Shown one piece after another: positions 52,836-61,991 of a stretch of DNA of 64,000 nucleotides. Within the stretch, counting starts at the first letter, position 1. Each line of letters opens with the position of its first letter. Source of the stretch: a virus (taxonomy: Duplodnaviria; Caudoviricetes); IMG/VR virus record IMGVR_UViG_3300014208_000039, positions 10,827 to 74,826 of that record. One strand, 5' to 3'. Below the pieces are notes generated by a model, which was given only the letters and a program-made list of their open reading frames with translations, was not told where the DNA came from and searched no databases. The translations under genes and the position numbers were made by a program.

Positions 52836-53645
52836 ATGAAAAAATCTATTATTATTAACTCTGATGAAATTCAGCACTACATTAAAGACATTCGTAAAAT
52901 TCCTGTTATTACACATAAAAGACAGGATGAAATTTTTGAAAAATTAAATTCTAAAGATACAACTGAGGCCGAAAGGTTTAAATTAAAAGAGGAATTGGTC
53001 ACCGGCAATTTACGGTTTGTGATTTCTATTGCTAAAGGTTATCAAAGTCAAGGATTGGACTTAATGGATTTAATATCTGAGGGTAACATTGGTTTAATTA
53101 AAGCTTCCGAAGAGTTTGATCCAAGCAGAGGATTAAAATTTATTTCATATGCCGTATGGTGGATTAGACAATCGATTCTTTCATCATTAAACGAAGATTC
53201 AAGAACTATTAGGATTCCGTCAAATATTATTCAAGAAATACAAAAAGATTGTAAACAAATTGAAAATGATAATAAAGATTCTGAAAAAGTATCGGAATCT
53301 AAAATTAGTTATACTGTTCCTCACTGTATTTGTCTGGATAATGAAATTAATGATGAGGGTGATACCTTAATCGATATTATTCCAAATAAAAATGCCGATA
53401 ATCCTGAAGAAGCATTAAATACTACAACTGACGAAATTAAAATGAAAGTTCATTATATGTTGTCCGTTTTAGATGAAAGAGAAAGAATAATAATTGAAAG
53501 ATATTATGGACTTACTGGCGTGGAATCTAATCTTGATGAACTTGGAGAAGAATTTGGTTGTACTAAAGAGAGAATTAGACAATTAAGGGATAAAAGTATA
53601 AAAAAATTGAGAAATGAGAGCTTTAGTCTTTTAAACTATTTATAA
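52836..53645 (+). CDS. RNA polymerase sigma-70 factor (RpoD/SigA-like)
   Basis: NLRFVISIAKGY, DLISEGNIGLIKASEEFDPSRGLKFISYAVWWIRQ, region 4 TKERIRQL. Start taken at ATG 52836. Confidence 0.9.
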   Translation: MKKSIIINSDEIQHYIKDIRKIPVITHKRQDEIFEKLNSKDTTEAERFKLKEELVTGNLRFVISIAKGYQSQGLDLMDLISEGNIGLIKASEEFDPSRGLKFISYAVWWIRQSILSSLNEDSRTIRIPSNIIQEIQKDCKQIENDNKDSEKVSESKISYTVPHCICLDNEINDEGDTLIDIIPNKNADNPEEALNTTTDEIKMKVHYMLSVLDERERIIIERYYGLTGVESNLDELGEEFGCTKERIRQLRDKSIKKLRNESFSLLNYL

Positions 53646-53647
53646 GT

Positions 53648-53977
53648 ATGAAACAATTTATAGAAAAGTATTTTACAATAATAGTTTTTATACTATTAGT
53701 TTTAACCTTTTTTAAAGGATGTAATGATAGTCGGGAATTGACAAAAGTAAAAAATGAATTGTTAGATTTACATGATTCTGTTGCAACCAAATCTGACATA
53801 AGAATAATGAATCAAAAAACAGAAAATTTTCAAAATGTCTTATATAGATTTGGTGACTCATATATGACCCTTTTAAATATTACAGGAGAAAGTGAGATTG
53901 AAAACAAATCGAGTCAAAAAGCATTAAGTAAAATAAAAGAGTTGAATTTGAATAAAAATGAAACATTGGATAAATAG
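53648..53977 (+). CDS. Putative lipoprotein
   Basis: Hydrophobic N-terminus ending FFKG-C (lipobox-like). Confidence 0.5.
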   Translation: MKQFIEKYFTIIVFILLVLTFFKGCNDSRELTKVKNELLDLHDSVATKSDIRIMNQKTENFQNVLYRFGDSYMTLLNITGESEIENKSSQKALSKIKELNLNKNETLDK

Positions 53978-55352
53978 TAATTATAAAACATTAATAATTA
54001 GTGCGTTTCTTATTCCTATTATTACAGTTGCAATTGTATCAATTTCACATGTCACACAATGGTACGGGATATCGAACCCTTTAAGTTGGGCAATCTATTT
54101 GTCAGTTGGAATTGAAATTGCTGCTATGTCCGCATTGGCGGCAATTTCCGCAAATATGGGTAAGAACGTTTACTTTCCTTTCATCATAGTAACGTTGATT
54201 CAGTTCATCGGTAACATTTTCTTTGCATACGAATATATCGATACAACAAGTAAAATGTTCCAATCGTGGGTTGAATTGGTTAGTCCACTGGTTGGATTCA
54301 TGGGTGTAGAACCAACAGACTTTATTGGTCATAAGAGATTTTTAGCTTTATTTGCCGGAGGTCTTTTACCTGTAATATCGTTGTCGTTCTTACATATGTT
54401 GGTGAAGTTTACTGAAGAAGATAGGTTAAAAGATGTTAAAGAAGATGAAGAAATTCATCATAAAGTGGTTGAAGAAAAAATTAAACACGACATCGAAGAA
54501 ACCGTCACCGTAGACCCTGAATTATTAAAAAACTTAGTAGAGGACGCAGTAAGGGTTAAACTGTCTGAAAAGGACTTAGAAGTACTTGAAAACGTCTTAT
54601 TAAACCCACCTAAACCTAATGATGATTTAATAAAGGCGGTGGAAAAATATAAAGAAACAGTAAATGAAGAAATCGATGACGAAATGAATCATTTAATTCC
54701 TGAAGCAAATCACCCAATGATGAATGATATTATTGGTGGATTACCAATTGAACCAACGAAAGAAGAAATCGAAGAAAAGGATAGGGTAAAAATTGATGAA
54801 ACCAAATTAAACAATTTGGAAAGGTTTTTAACTAAAAAATTTGAAGACCCTTACGATAAAGAATTGGAAGAAGAATTTAACCAATGGGACGTTACGTTAC
54901 AAGATGGATTAGAAAATGAACCACCTTATGAAGAATCATCCGATAATCATCCGATTGAAGAGCCAGAAAAAGAACCTGAAGATTTTGACGGTGATTTACC
55001 TGACGACTATTATCCCATGAAGTTCGAAACTGACTATTTTTTAGGAAATAACGGTAAGTCAGCGGAAATTGAAACTTTACCGGAAAGCGATGAAATAATC
55101 GAAAATGATAAAAAAAAACTGAATACGAATACAGAAGAAGTCGTACCAGTTGTTGACGAAGATAAAAAAAAAATTCATTTAGAAAACCCCTCACAAGAGG
55201 AAAGTACTCAATCTTTACCTTTGGAGGAAACCCAAGACTTGACAAATGATGAGAATTCTGTATATTTTGAACAGGATGAATTAAATCCTGTGAACATAAA
55301 CAGAAAAATATTGTCAAGAAATGTTAACAATACAAGACGTAGAGGTTTTTGA
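53958..55352 (+). CDS. Multi-pass membrane protein with long acidic C-terminal tail
   Basis: About four TM helices in the first 150 aa, then a D/E-rich region. Confidence 0.6.
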   Translation: MKHWINSNYKTLIISAFLIPIITVAIVSISHVTQWYGISNPLSWAIYLSVGIEIAAMSALAAISANMGKNVYFPFIIVTLIQFIGNIFFAYEYIDTTSKMFQSWVELVSPLVGFMGVEPTDFIGHKRFLALFAGGLLPVISLSFLHMLVKFTEEDRLKDVKEDEEIHHKVVEEKIKHDIEETVTVDPELLKNLVEDAVRVKLSEKDLEVLENVLLNPPKPNDDLIKAVEKYKETVNEEIDDEMNHLIPEANHPMMNDIIGGLPIEPTKEEIEEKDRVKIDETKLNNLERFLTKKFEDPYDKELEEEFNQWDVTLQDGLENEPPYEESSDNHPIEEPEKEPEDFDGDLPDDYYPMKFETDYFLGNNGKSAEIETLPESDEIIENDKKKLNTNTEEVVPVVDEDKKKIHLENPSQEESTQSLPLEETQDLTNDENSVYFEQDELNPVNINRKILSRNVNNTRRRGF

Positions 55353-55938
55353 TAAAAAAAACCTTAATTACAAAAAAACAAAAGCAAAGAAAAGTCAAAT
55401 CCTCTTATGTGATACACATAGGAGGATTACTGATTATATACATATGATAAAATATCGTAGGAACGGTAAGTATGACGATATTCCACATTTTATCATAACT
55501 AAAATGGGTGACGTATATCAAATCTTAGATACAAAAGATTATTCAACAACTTTCGGAGATATAAAGCTAGATAGAAAGGTAATTAAAGTTGCCATTGAAA
55601 ATCTTGGTTGGTTAAACAAAAATACTATGAATGGTATGTTGACTAATTGGATTGGTGACCCATATAGGAATGATCCTCATATAAGAAATTGGAGAGGACA
55701 TTTTTTTTGGGATAAGTACCCAAATGAACAATTAGATATAGTTTATCAACTATGTAACGAATTATGTGAAAAACATAACATTGAAAAACAAATAGTCCCA
55801 TCTCAAGGTTACTTCAATCAAGCATCTAAATTTAATGGCGTTCTGTGTAAATCAAATTATTCAGATATTTATACAGATATAAACCCTTCGTTTAATTTTA
55901 AAATATTTTTTAAAGATGACAAAAAAAATGCTAAATGA
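55321..55938 (+). CDS. N-acetylmuramoyl-L-alanine amidase (Amidase_2)-like protein with altered Zn ligands
   Basis: QILLCDT, PHFIITKMGDVYQ, VAIENLGWL, YPNEQL, GVLCKSN...TDINP align to the amidase fold. Confidence 0.6.
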   Translation: MLTIQDVEVFDKKNLNYKKTKAKKSQILLCDTHRRITDYIHMIKYRRNGKYDDIPHFIITKMGDVYQILDTKDYSTTFGDIKLDRKVIKVAIENLGWLNKNTMNGMLTNWIGDPYRNDPHIRNWRGHFFWDKYPNEQLDIVYQLCNELCEKHNIEKQIVPSQGYFNQASKFNGVLCKSNYSDIYTDINPSFNFKIFFKDDKKNAK

Positions 55939-56464
55939 ATATGATGACACTAAAAGGATATTGAACGTTTTAAGAAATTTCAAAAATCCATCTAAGAGTA
56001 ATCTAACCGAAAGAAGACATTATTATGGAGAACAAGATGATCTAAATGGTAATGAATCATTTAATAACAATCAAGAACAACAAGACGATGAAACTGGCGT
56101 CGATAACGTTAATGATGTTGATATTAAATTGATATCAAGTGACCAACATGATATGACATTAACTGATGAACAAAAAACTATGATATCGAGTTTAATTGAT
56201 TCGTTTAGGGAACAGGTATCACAAACAGCGGATTTGGATCCAGGATTTACATTTAATGTCGATGAAATAAGACTTGATGGTGTAATTCCTGATGAAGATT
56301 TAAAATTTACATACATTACCGGAGAAAACTCCGGATTATATATTAACGCACAAATGTTAACTGTTACCCAAGAAACAATGGATTTATTAACCAAAATGTT
56401 AAATTATAACAAACAAATAACTGATAGCATGGAATTAATTTTAAGACAAAGACAAAATAATTAA
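55916..56464 (+). CDS. Hypothetical protein (possible start ATG 55928), putative head-associated
   Basis: MLNEYDDTKRILNVLR, NLTE motifs. Confidence 0.55.
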   Translation: MTKKMLNEYDDTKRILNVLRNFKNPSKSNLTERRHYYGEQDDLNGNESFNNNQEQQDDETGVDNVNDVDIKLISSDQHDMTLTDEQKTMISSLIDSFREQVSQTADLDPGFTFNVDEIRLDGVIPDEDLKFTYITGENSGLYINAQMLTVTQETMDLLTKMLNYNKQITDSMELILRQRQNN

Positions 56465-56466
56465 TT

Positions 56467-56706
56467 ATGGGGATAACAAGTCAAGATAAATCGGATGTAG
56501 AAAGAATCGTTAAGAAAGAAATCAAGGATTTTATGGAATCATCAAATGCCCATAGAATTGTTGTAAAAATGATTCAAGATGAACTTGGTACAAAAAAAAT
56601 TGACGATAAAATAGTTGACTTAGCAACAAAAGTTGTTGTTGAACTATTCAAAACATTATGGCAACGTAAATCTTTTTGGGAGGGGCCATTAAAAAACGTT
56701 AAATAA
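56467..56706 (+). CDS. Hypothetical protein
   Basis: 79-aa coupled ORF. Confidence 0.55.
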   Translation: MGITSQDKSDVERIVKKEIKDFMESSNAHRIVVKMIQDELGTKKIDDKIVDLATKVVVELFKTLWQRKSFWEGPLKNVK

Positions 56707-56707
56707 A

Positions 56708-57367
56708 ATGGAAACAAATAAAGTTGATAAAATTGATGTAATTACAATGGATGTTCCATTGTTCATTCGTATGCTTGAATACGCAAAGGAAGACGCTAAA
56801 ACCGACATGGACTTACATAGTGCTACGGAAAGAGCTCTTGAATTAACAAAAGAAAAAGGTAACCTATCAATGGAATGTTATAATACTATTGTTGGTGGGT
56901 TAAAAAAAGAAGAAACAAATGAAATGGATTCAGGTTCATCTGGCTCGTATGAAGCGCCAATGATTATTCTTAAAAAGGATTTATATAAACCTAAAACAAA
57001 AGAACAAGACATTGACGAAGTAACTGCTGGCGTTGATGGAAGTTTTGATGTACCTTTATTCGGAGGAACAAAGGGACGAAGTAACCCATTATCAATTGGC
57101 GGCGAAAAAACAATTGGTGCAAGAGTCAATAAAATTGAACACACAAAAAGTTTTCCTAAATTTGGGGGTCCCGATGGAAAATTTGTAACAATTAATGATA
57201 AATGCAAAAAGTTTCCTTATTGTAATCAAGGAGATCCAAACGCAATTAGAATTTCTGAAGATAAAGAATTATCCGAATCAATTAAATTAGTTTCAAAAAA
57301 ATATGGTATTTCGTCTAAAGAATTGAAAAATGTTGTAATAAATGAAATAAAACAAATATTTATATAA
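56708..57367 (+). CDS. Hypothetical protein
   Basis: 219-aa ORF; CKKFPYCNQGD motif; LSES and VINE motifs. Confidence 0.6.
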   Translation: METNKVDKIDVITMDVPLFIRMLEYAKEDAKTDMDLHSATERALELTKEKGNLSMECYNTIVGGLKKEETNEMDSGSSGSYEAPMIILKKDLYKPKTKEQDIDEVTAGVDGSFDVPLFGGTKGRSNPLSIGGEKTIGARVNKIEHTKSFPKFGGPDGKFVTINDKCKKFPYCNQGDPNAIRISEDKELSESIKLVSKKYGISSKELKNVVINEIKQIFI

Positions 57368-57370
57368 TAT

Positions 57371-58243
57371 ATGAAAATAAATGAATTAGCCCCTATGGTT
57401 GAAAGTCTTTTAGTCAATGAGGTAAAAAAATATATTATTGAGAATATGAGAGATATGGATCATAAACAAGTTTATCACATTAAATGTGACGACGAGCCAA
57501 TTGACACATTTAATAGTGAAGAAGAGGCTAATGAAATTTTAGATAAATATAAAAAAGAACATCCAGGTAAACAATTAATTATTGAGCCTGGCGATTATCA
57601 ATCATATGAAGATATGATTGATAAATTAGATAAAATGGGGGATGAAAAAGATATGAAAAATAAAATAAAAGAATCAAAAAAATCAATTATCGTTACTGAA
57701 ACACAATTGAGAAATATTGTGAAAAATTTAGTTAACGAGGATATACCAGGAATTGAAGTAACAAAAAGAGCTCAAGCTGGAAGTAAAAAAGATGCTAACG
57801 AGAATCTTAAAAATGTTGAATCTAAACTTACTAAAGCAGCGTCATTTGACGGTAATGATAAGCCAAAATTTCCAAATCAAATTGGTGGTGAAAAGAAGGC
57901 AATTTATCCAAACTCTGAAGAAGTAACTGATATTGAAGATAATGATAATCGTGGTACACAAGACCTTGATTATGACAAAGAACCTGGTGATGAATTTAGA
58001 AAAAGAGAAAAAATGTACCTTCAAGGTGATAAAAAAACTGGTAATAGTCAAGATGCTGCCAATGTGGTAAATAGTGATTTAGGCGAAAAACTCGCGAATA
58101 GGGCAGAAAGGAAAATTAAGGCACACCAAGAACGCCCAATGTATAATAAGGAATTTCAACCTGTCGAAACAGGTAAGGATAATTTAAATGAAGACATTAA
58201 GAGAATAAAAGAAATGTATTCTTACAATAAGAAGACTCAATAA
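57371..58243 (+). CDS. Hypothetical protein, putative head/core protein
   Basis: TATTTATA 57357-57364; IIVTETQLRNIVKNLVNE and LNEDIKRIKEMY motifs. Confidence 0.55.
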   Translation: MKINELAPMVESLLVNEVKKYIIENMRDMDHKQVYHIKCDDEPIDTFNSEEEANEILDKYKKEHPGKQLIIEPGDYQSYEDMIDKLDKMGDEKDMKNKIKESKKSIIVTETQLRNIVKNLVNEDIPGIEVTKRAQAGSKKDANENLKNVESKLTKAASFDGNDKPKFPNQIGGEKKAIYPNSEEVTDIEDNDNRGTQDLDYDKEPGDEFRKREKMYLQGDKKTGNSQDAANVVNSDLGEKLANRAERKIKAHQERPMYNKEFQPVETGKDNLNEDIKRIKEMYSYNKKTQ

Positions 58244-58282
58244 ACTTTTAAATTATTTTTTTTTTCTATATATTTGATGTAT

Positions 58283-58732
58283 ATGGAAAAGAATAAAGTT
58301 ATATTAAATATATCTGATATACTTAAAGAAGAATTAGATTTTTGGTTTAGGTATAATAATGTAAGTCGTGAGAAGATTAATCTTTTTTACGACTTTATTG
58401 TTTCATTAGATGACCTAATTGATTCCACTTTTTTAGGAACAGATGTAATAAATGAGGAATCAAAAATAAAAGGTCATTTTATTTGGTGTTGGAAGAAAAC
58501 CATTGATAATTTCAGTAAAGAAAGGATTTTCTTCAAAGAGGCTGGAAATCATTTTGAATATCTATGGAATTTCTATAATGAGGCTTATTATATTCGAAAA
58601 ATTGAAAAGAAAGACGTACAAATTCATGACTATTATTATAAAATTTTTGATTTGAACCATCAGAAGTCAATAACAGAATTGGAAATTTTACTTACAGTTT
58701 ATAAAATATTTGAACAAAACTTGAAAAAATAA
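58283..58732 (+). CDS. Hypothetical protein
   Basis: ORF with TATATTTG (58269-58276) upstream; start taken at ATG 58283. Confidence 0.55.
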   Translation: MEKNKVILNISDILKEELDFWFRYNNVSREKINLFYDFIVSLDDLIDSTFLGTDVINEESKIKGHFIWCWKKTIDNFSKERIFFKEAGNHFEYLWNFYNEAYYIRKIEKKDVQIHDYYYKIFDLNHQKSITELEILLTVYKIFEQNLKK

Positions 58733-58768
58733 AAAAAATACCTTATACTTCTTTATAAAAGATATAAT

Positions 58769-58963
58769 ATGGAAACACTATTAAAAATCAAAGAACTGGT
58801 CGAAAAGATGTCTATTGACACCGAAAAAGTTTTTAAAAAGAAAAATCGATCAGCTTCAATTAGGGCAAGAGCAAATGCGCAAGAACTTAAAGAATTAATT
58901 ACACCATATCGCAAAGAAATATTAGACGAAATAAAAAAGAAGGTCAAAAAACAAAATAACTAA
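58769..58963 (+). CDS. Histone H1-like (Hc1-family, Bacteroidota-type) DNA-binding protein
   Basis: KNRSASIRARANAQELKELITPYRKE resembles the NKAAGxRARKxxxELxxLxxxxRK pattern. Confidence 0.6.
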   Translation: METLLKIKELVEKMSIDTEKVFKKKNRSASIRARANAQELKELITPYRKEILDEIKKKVKKQNN

Positions 58964-58966
58964 TAA

Positions 58967-59146
58967 ATGGTACAAGAGATTAAAATATTTTTTTTCTTTT
59001 TAAGTATATTGTTTTTACTTAAAAATGTTGGGGTGTTTATTATCAAGGTATTTCAAACTGACCCACAACCAATAACAATGACGAAAGCGGAAATTATACT
59101 AATTTATGTTTCCATTTCATATTTTTTAACATTTATATTTAGCTAA
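58967..59146 (+). CDS. 59-aa two-TM membrane protein, holin-like candidate
   Basis: Not in the ORF track; MVQEIKIFFFFLSILFLLKNVGVFIIKVF...IILIYVSISYFLTFIFS, coupled to both neighbours. Confidence 0.5.
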   Translation: MVQEIKIFFFFLSILFLLKNVGVFIIKVFQTDPQPITMTKAEIILIYVSISYFLTFIFS

Positions 59147-59147
59147 T

Positions 59148-59639
59148 ATGTATAAAGAAATTGTTGAATTAAGGCCATATTTTCACTCTTTAAGGGAGTT
59201 TAATACAGACGTATCACTTGATATAAAAATACCTATATTATGGGATATAATTTCAGAACAAAAAGATTTTCCTAACATTAGATTCAGGGAACAGGACAGA
59301 AATGAAAAAACTATGTTAATTTCATATATTACAATCAATGATGCTGATGGATATAATGATGTTTTTAAATGTGTAAGACAAGTCATCAAATCTAATTTGG
59401 AGAAAGAGAAAAAAGTGAAACTATTAGAAGAAAAAATAGACGAACTAAAAAAATCATTTGACAATAAAATGAACGAATTAAAAAAAGTATTTGAAGAAAA
59501 GGATTTATCTTCATTAGAAAAATTAAAAGTAGCTGACTTATATGAGCACAAAACAGGAAAAGGGATTGAATTATCTAATTCAGAAAGACTTGGAGAAGAC
59601 ACAAATGGAACTTCAGGTGCAGAAAAGGAAGACAATTGA
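59148..59639 (+). CDS. Hypothetical coiled-coil protein
   Basis: 163-aa ORF. Confidence 0.55.
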   Translation: MYKEIVELRPYFHSLREFNTDVSLDIKIPILWDIISEQKDFPNIRFREQDRNEKTMLISYITINDADGYNDVFKCVRQVIKSNLEKEKKVKLLEEKIDELKKSFDNKMNELKKVFEEKDLSSLEKLKVADLYEHKTGKGIELSNSERLGEDTNGTSGAEKEDN

Positions 59640-59733
59640 AGAAATAAAACAAATTAATAAAGATGAAATATTTCAAAAAAAAGTAAAAGAAATTTCGTTT
59701 TTTAAAAAAATAACAAAATTAATTGGAATTTAA
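59542..59733 (+). CDS. Hypothetical small basic protein
   Basis: 63-aa ORF overlapping the upstream gene and abutting the next. Confidence 0.45.
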   Translation: MSTKQEKGLNYLIQKDLEKTQMELQVQKRKTIEEIKQINKDEIFQKKVKEISFFKKITKLIGI

Positions 59734-59735
59734 TT

Positions 59736-59978
59736 ATGGAAAAGAAAGGTGATATGTTAAATCAGTTAGCCATAATTACAGATTTAATTGAAAAATCAAA
59801 CATTAATTTTACATTAGCAACGATAATTTTTGATGTAAAAAAAGATGAGTTTAAAAGAATTTATAATTATACATCAAGAAAACAAGGCGATAAATTTGTT
59901 GAATTAAAGGATGACGTTAAAGATTTCTCAATAAATATCAATGATGTCCATATAATAATTAATAAGAATAGTGCCTAA
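59736..59978 (+). CDS. Hypothetical protein
   Basis: 80-aa ORF. Confidence 0.5.
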   Translation: MEKKGDMLNQLAIITDLIEKSNINFTLATIIFDVKKDEFKRIYNYTSRKQGDKFVELKDDVKDFSININDVHIIINKNSA

Positions 59979-60663
59979 ATAGTTCTGTTCTCTTATAACC
60001 TTTTGATTCCAATAAATTGTATAATGAAGTCCTTTGTTGAGTGGTTAAATCTCTAACAAAGATGAAATTCCCCATTTTCTTCTTTAACAAGTCTTCTTTA
60101 ACAAGTTCAAATAATCTTGAAGTATCGTCGATGTTTTTATTACCAAATAATCGAATGTCATTTTCTATTTGAACAAATAGTTTATTATTTAGCGTAAATA
60201 TTTGGGTGATCTCATTAATTGAAGTTATATATTCCATCATTTCATAATAACGAATCCTTCTCTTAGAATTAAAATCATAAATCAACTCTTCTTCCCAATA
60301 TGGTAAAATTTCTTTAATTCTTAATTTTTCATCATCTAATCTAGCCTCAATATTTCTACCCATACTATCCCTTACAAAAAATCTATCTTTTGTAACCCAT
60401 CGATTCATAGGGAAAATTAAACCAATTTCATACACCAATTCTTCTTTACGTTTTTGCCCGCCAATACGAAGTTTCACAAAAGGTGGCTTTTCTTGTGTTT
60501 TATATTCATGCCAAATTTCGTATACTCTATTTTTTGTCATACATCTATATAGAATTTTAATCTTCTTTCTATTACGAAAAAGAAATATAAAATATTTTGG
60601 TTTTTTCATTATAAAAATAGATTTATGAAAGAAATTATGCCATAAATTGCAAATAATGACCAA
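59959..60663 (-). CDS. Hypothetical basic protein, the only convincing minus-strand gene (likely start ATG at 60609)
   Basis: Fills a region with no long + ORF; TATTTATA on the minus strand at 60669-60676. Confidence 0.65.
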   Translation of the reverse strand: MVIICNLWHNFFHKSIFIMKKPKYFIFLFRNRKKIKILYRCMTKNRVYEIWHEYKTQEKPPFVKLRIGGQKRKEELVYEIGLIFPMNRWVTKDRFFVRDSMGRNIEARLDDEKLRIKEILPYWEEELIYDFNSKRRIRYYEMMEYITSINEITQIFTLNNKLFVQIENDIRLFGNKNIDDTSRLFELVKEDLLKKKMGNFIFVRDLTTQQRTSLYNLLESKGYKRTELFRHYSY

Positions 60664-60807
60664 ATAATTATAAATATTATTATTTTACTGTCGTTATTAC
60701 CTGTGGCTTCATATAACAGTTTTTTAGTTGTTTTTTTTTCTTTACATTTCGTACATCCCATAGTTAAAATATACATATAGATTTTGTTTTTGTGAATAAT
60801 TTATGTA

Positions 60808-60815
60808 TATTTTTG
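60808..60815 (+). promoter_or_regulatory. Bacteroidota-type -7 element (TATTTTTG) with upstream TTTG
   Basis: 21 nt upstream of the dam ATG; TTTG motifs at ~60783-60792. Confidence 0.5.
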
Positions 60816-60836
60816 TACAAAGAGAAAATTTAATAT

Positions 60837-61685
60837 ATGATAAGTTATATTGGAGGAAAAGCAAGAATTAGTAAATGGATTATTCCTCACATTCCTGCAG
60901 ACATAGAAACTTATGTTGAGCCTTTTTCGGGTATGTTCTGGGTGTTCTTTAACATGGATTTAAAAAAGTACCCACAACTAAAAACTGTTGTTTATAATGA
61001 TTACAATCGATTAAATTCGAATTTAATGAGATGGGCAGTACAATATGACGTATTGTGGAAAGAGTTGTCAAAATACCCTTGTCAACAATTGGGTGTAGTT
61101 GATACCCCGCCAGAATATAGTGTAATGTTCAAAGAATATCAAAAAGAAGTGTTTGACCCTAATTTGGTTATTACAGATGAAAATAGTTTGGATATTGCAG
61201 GTAAGTACGTTTACGTTTTAACCCAAGTATTTTCTGGTTCAAAACCTGAAACTGCTGCTTATACCGACTATAAAGGAAAATATCGTTGTAAAGTTCTTAT
61301 TTTTATGGATAAATTAAAACATCCTGAGTATAGGGCGCATTTTGATAGGATTACTTTTGTTGAAAACATGGATTTTTGTGAAGTTATAAAAAAATATGAC
61401 TCACCTGAAACATATTTTTATTTAGACCCTCCATATTGGAAGACAGAAAATTATTATTCAAATCACGATTTTGATGTTAATGACCATAAACGGTTAGAAG
61501 AATGTTTAAATTATGTAAAAGGACGATTTTCGTTATCATATTATGATTTTCCTCAACTAGAAGAAATGTATCCAAAAAATTTATATATTTGGAGGCAAAA
61601 GAATTTCAAGAAAGCCGCTGCAGCAAAGAAAGACGGAACGCAAAACGAAGGTACTGAACTATTAATAATGAACTATGATGTCTAA
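60837..61685 (+). CDS. dam: DNA adenine methyltransferase (Dam/D12 class)
   Basis: ISYIGGK, YVEPFSG, YNDYN, catalytic YLDPPY. Confidence 0.85.
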   Translation: MISYIGGKARISKWIIPHIPADIETYVEPFSGMFWVFFNMDLKKYPQLKTVVYNDYNRLNSNLMRWAVQYDVLWKELSKYPCQQLGVVDTPPEYSVMFKEYQKEVFDPNLVITDENSLDIAGKYVYVLTQVFSGSKPETAAYTDYKGKYRCKVLIFMDKLKHPEYRAHFDRITFVENMDFCEVIKKYDSPETYFYLDPPYWKTENYYSNHDFDVNDHKRLEECLNYVKGRFSLSYYDFPQLEEMYPKNLYIWRQKNFKKAAAAKKDGTQNEGTELLIMNYDV

Positions 61686-61980
61686 TGATTTACCAAATGA
61701 AGTTTTAATATATGTTCAAAAGATAAAATTATTCTTTGAAAAAGATAAAATATCTAAAGAATATTTCTTAAAAAATGTTGATAATGAATTATTCTTTAAA
61801 TATTTTACTGAAATCTCGGTGAAAAACTTCGAAGAGCTCGGAACACCTGAATTAACCATTGAACAATTGGAAATATTAAATAAAACAATAAGAGCAATTT
61901 GTGCTACAAAAGAACCCGAATATTTTACGTATGATATTTGGTGGAATATAGGAAAATACGGAAAACTTTGTTTAAATTAA
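61675..61980 (+). CDS. Hypothetical protein
   Basis: 101-aa ORF overlapping the dam stop. Confidence 0.55.
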   Translation: MMSNDLPNEVLIYVQKIKLFFEKDKISKEYFLKNVDNELFFKYFTEISVKNFEELGTPELTIEQLEILNKTIRAICATKEPEYFTYDIWWNIGKYGKLCLN

Positions 61981-61991
61981 AATTTTAATAT

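Noticed and set aside
992-59635. Remaining short minus-strand and nested alternative-frame ORFs in the track
   Set aside because: They lie within longer motif-bearing + strand genes and have the Ser/Leu/Phe-rich composition typical of antisense shadows.
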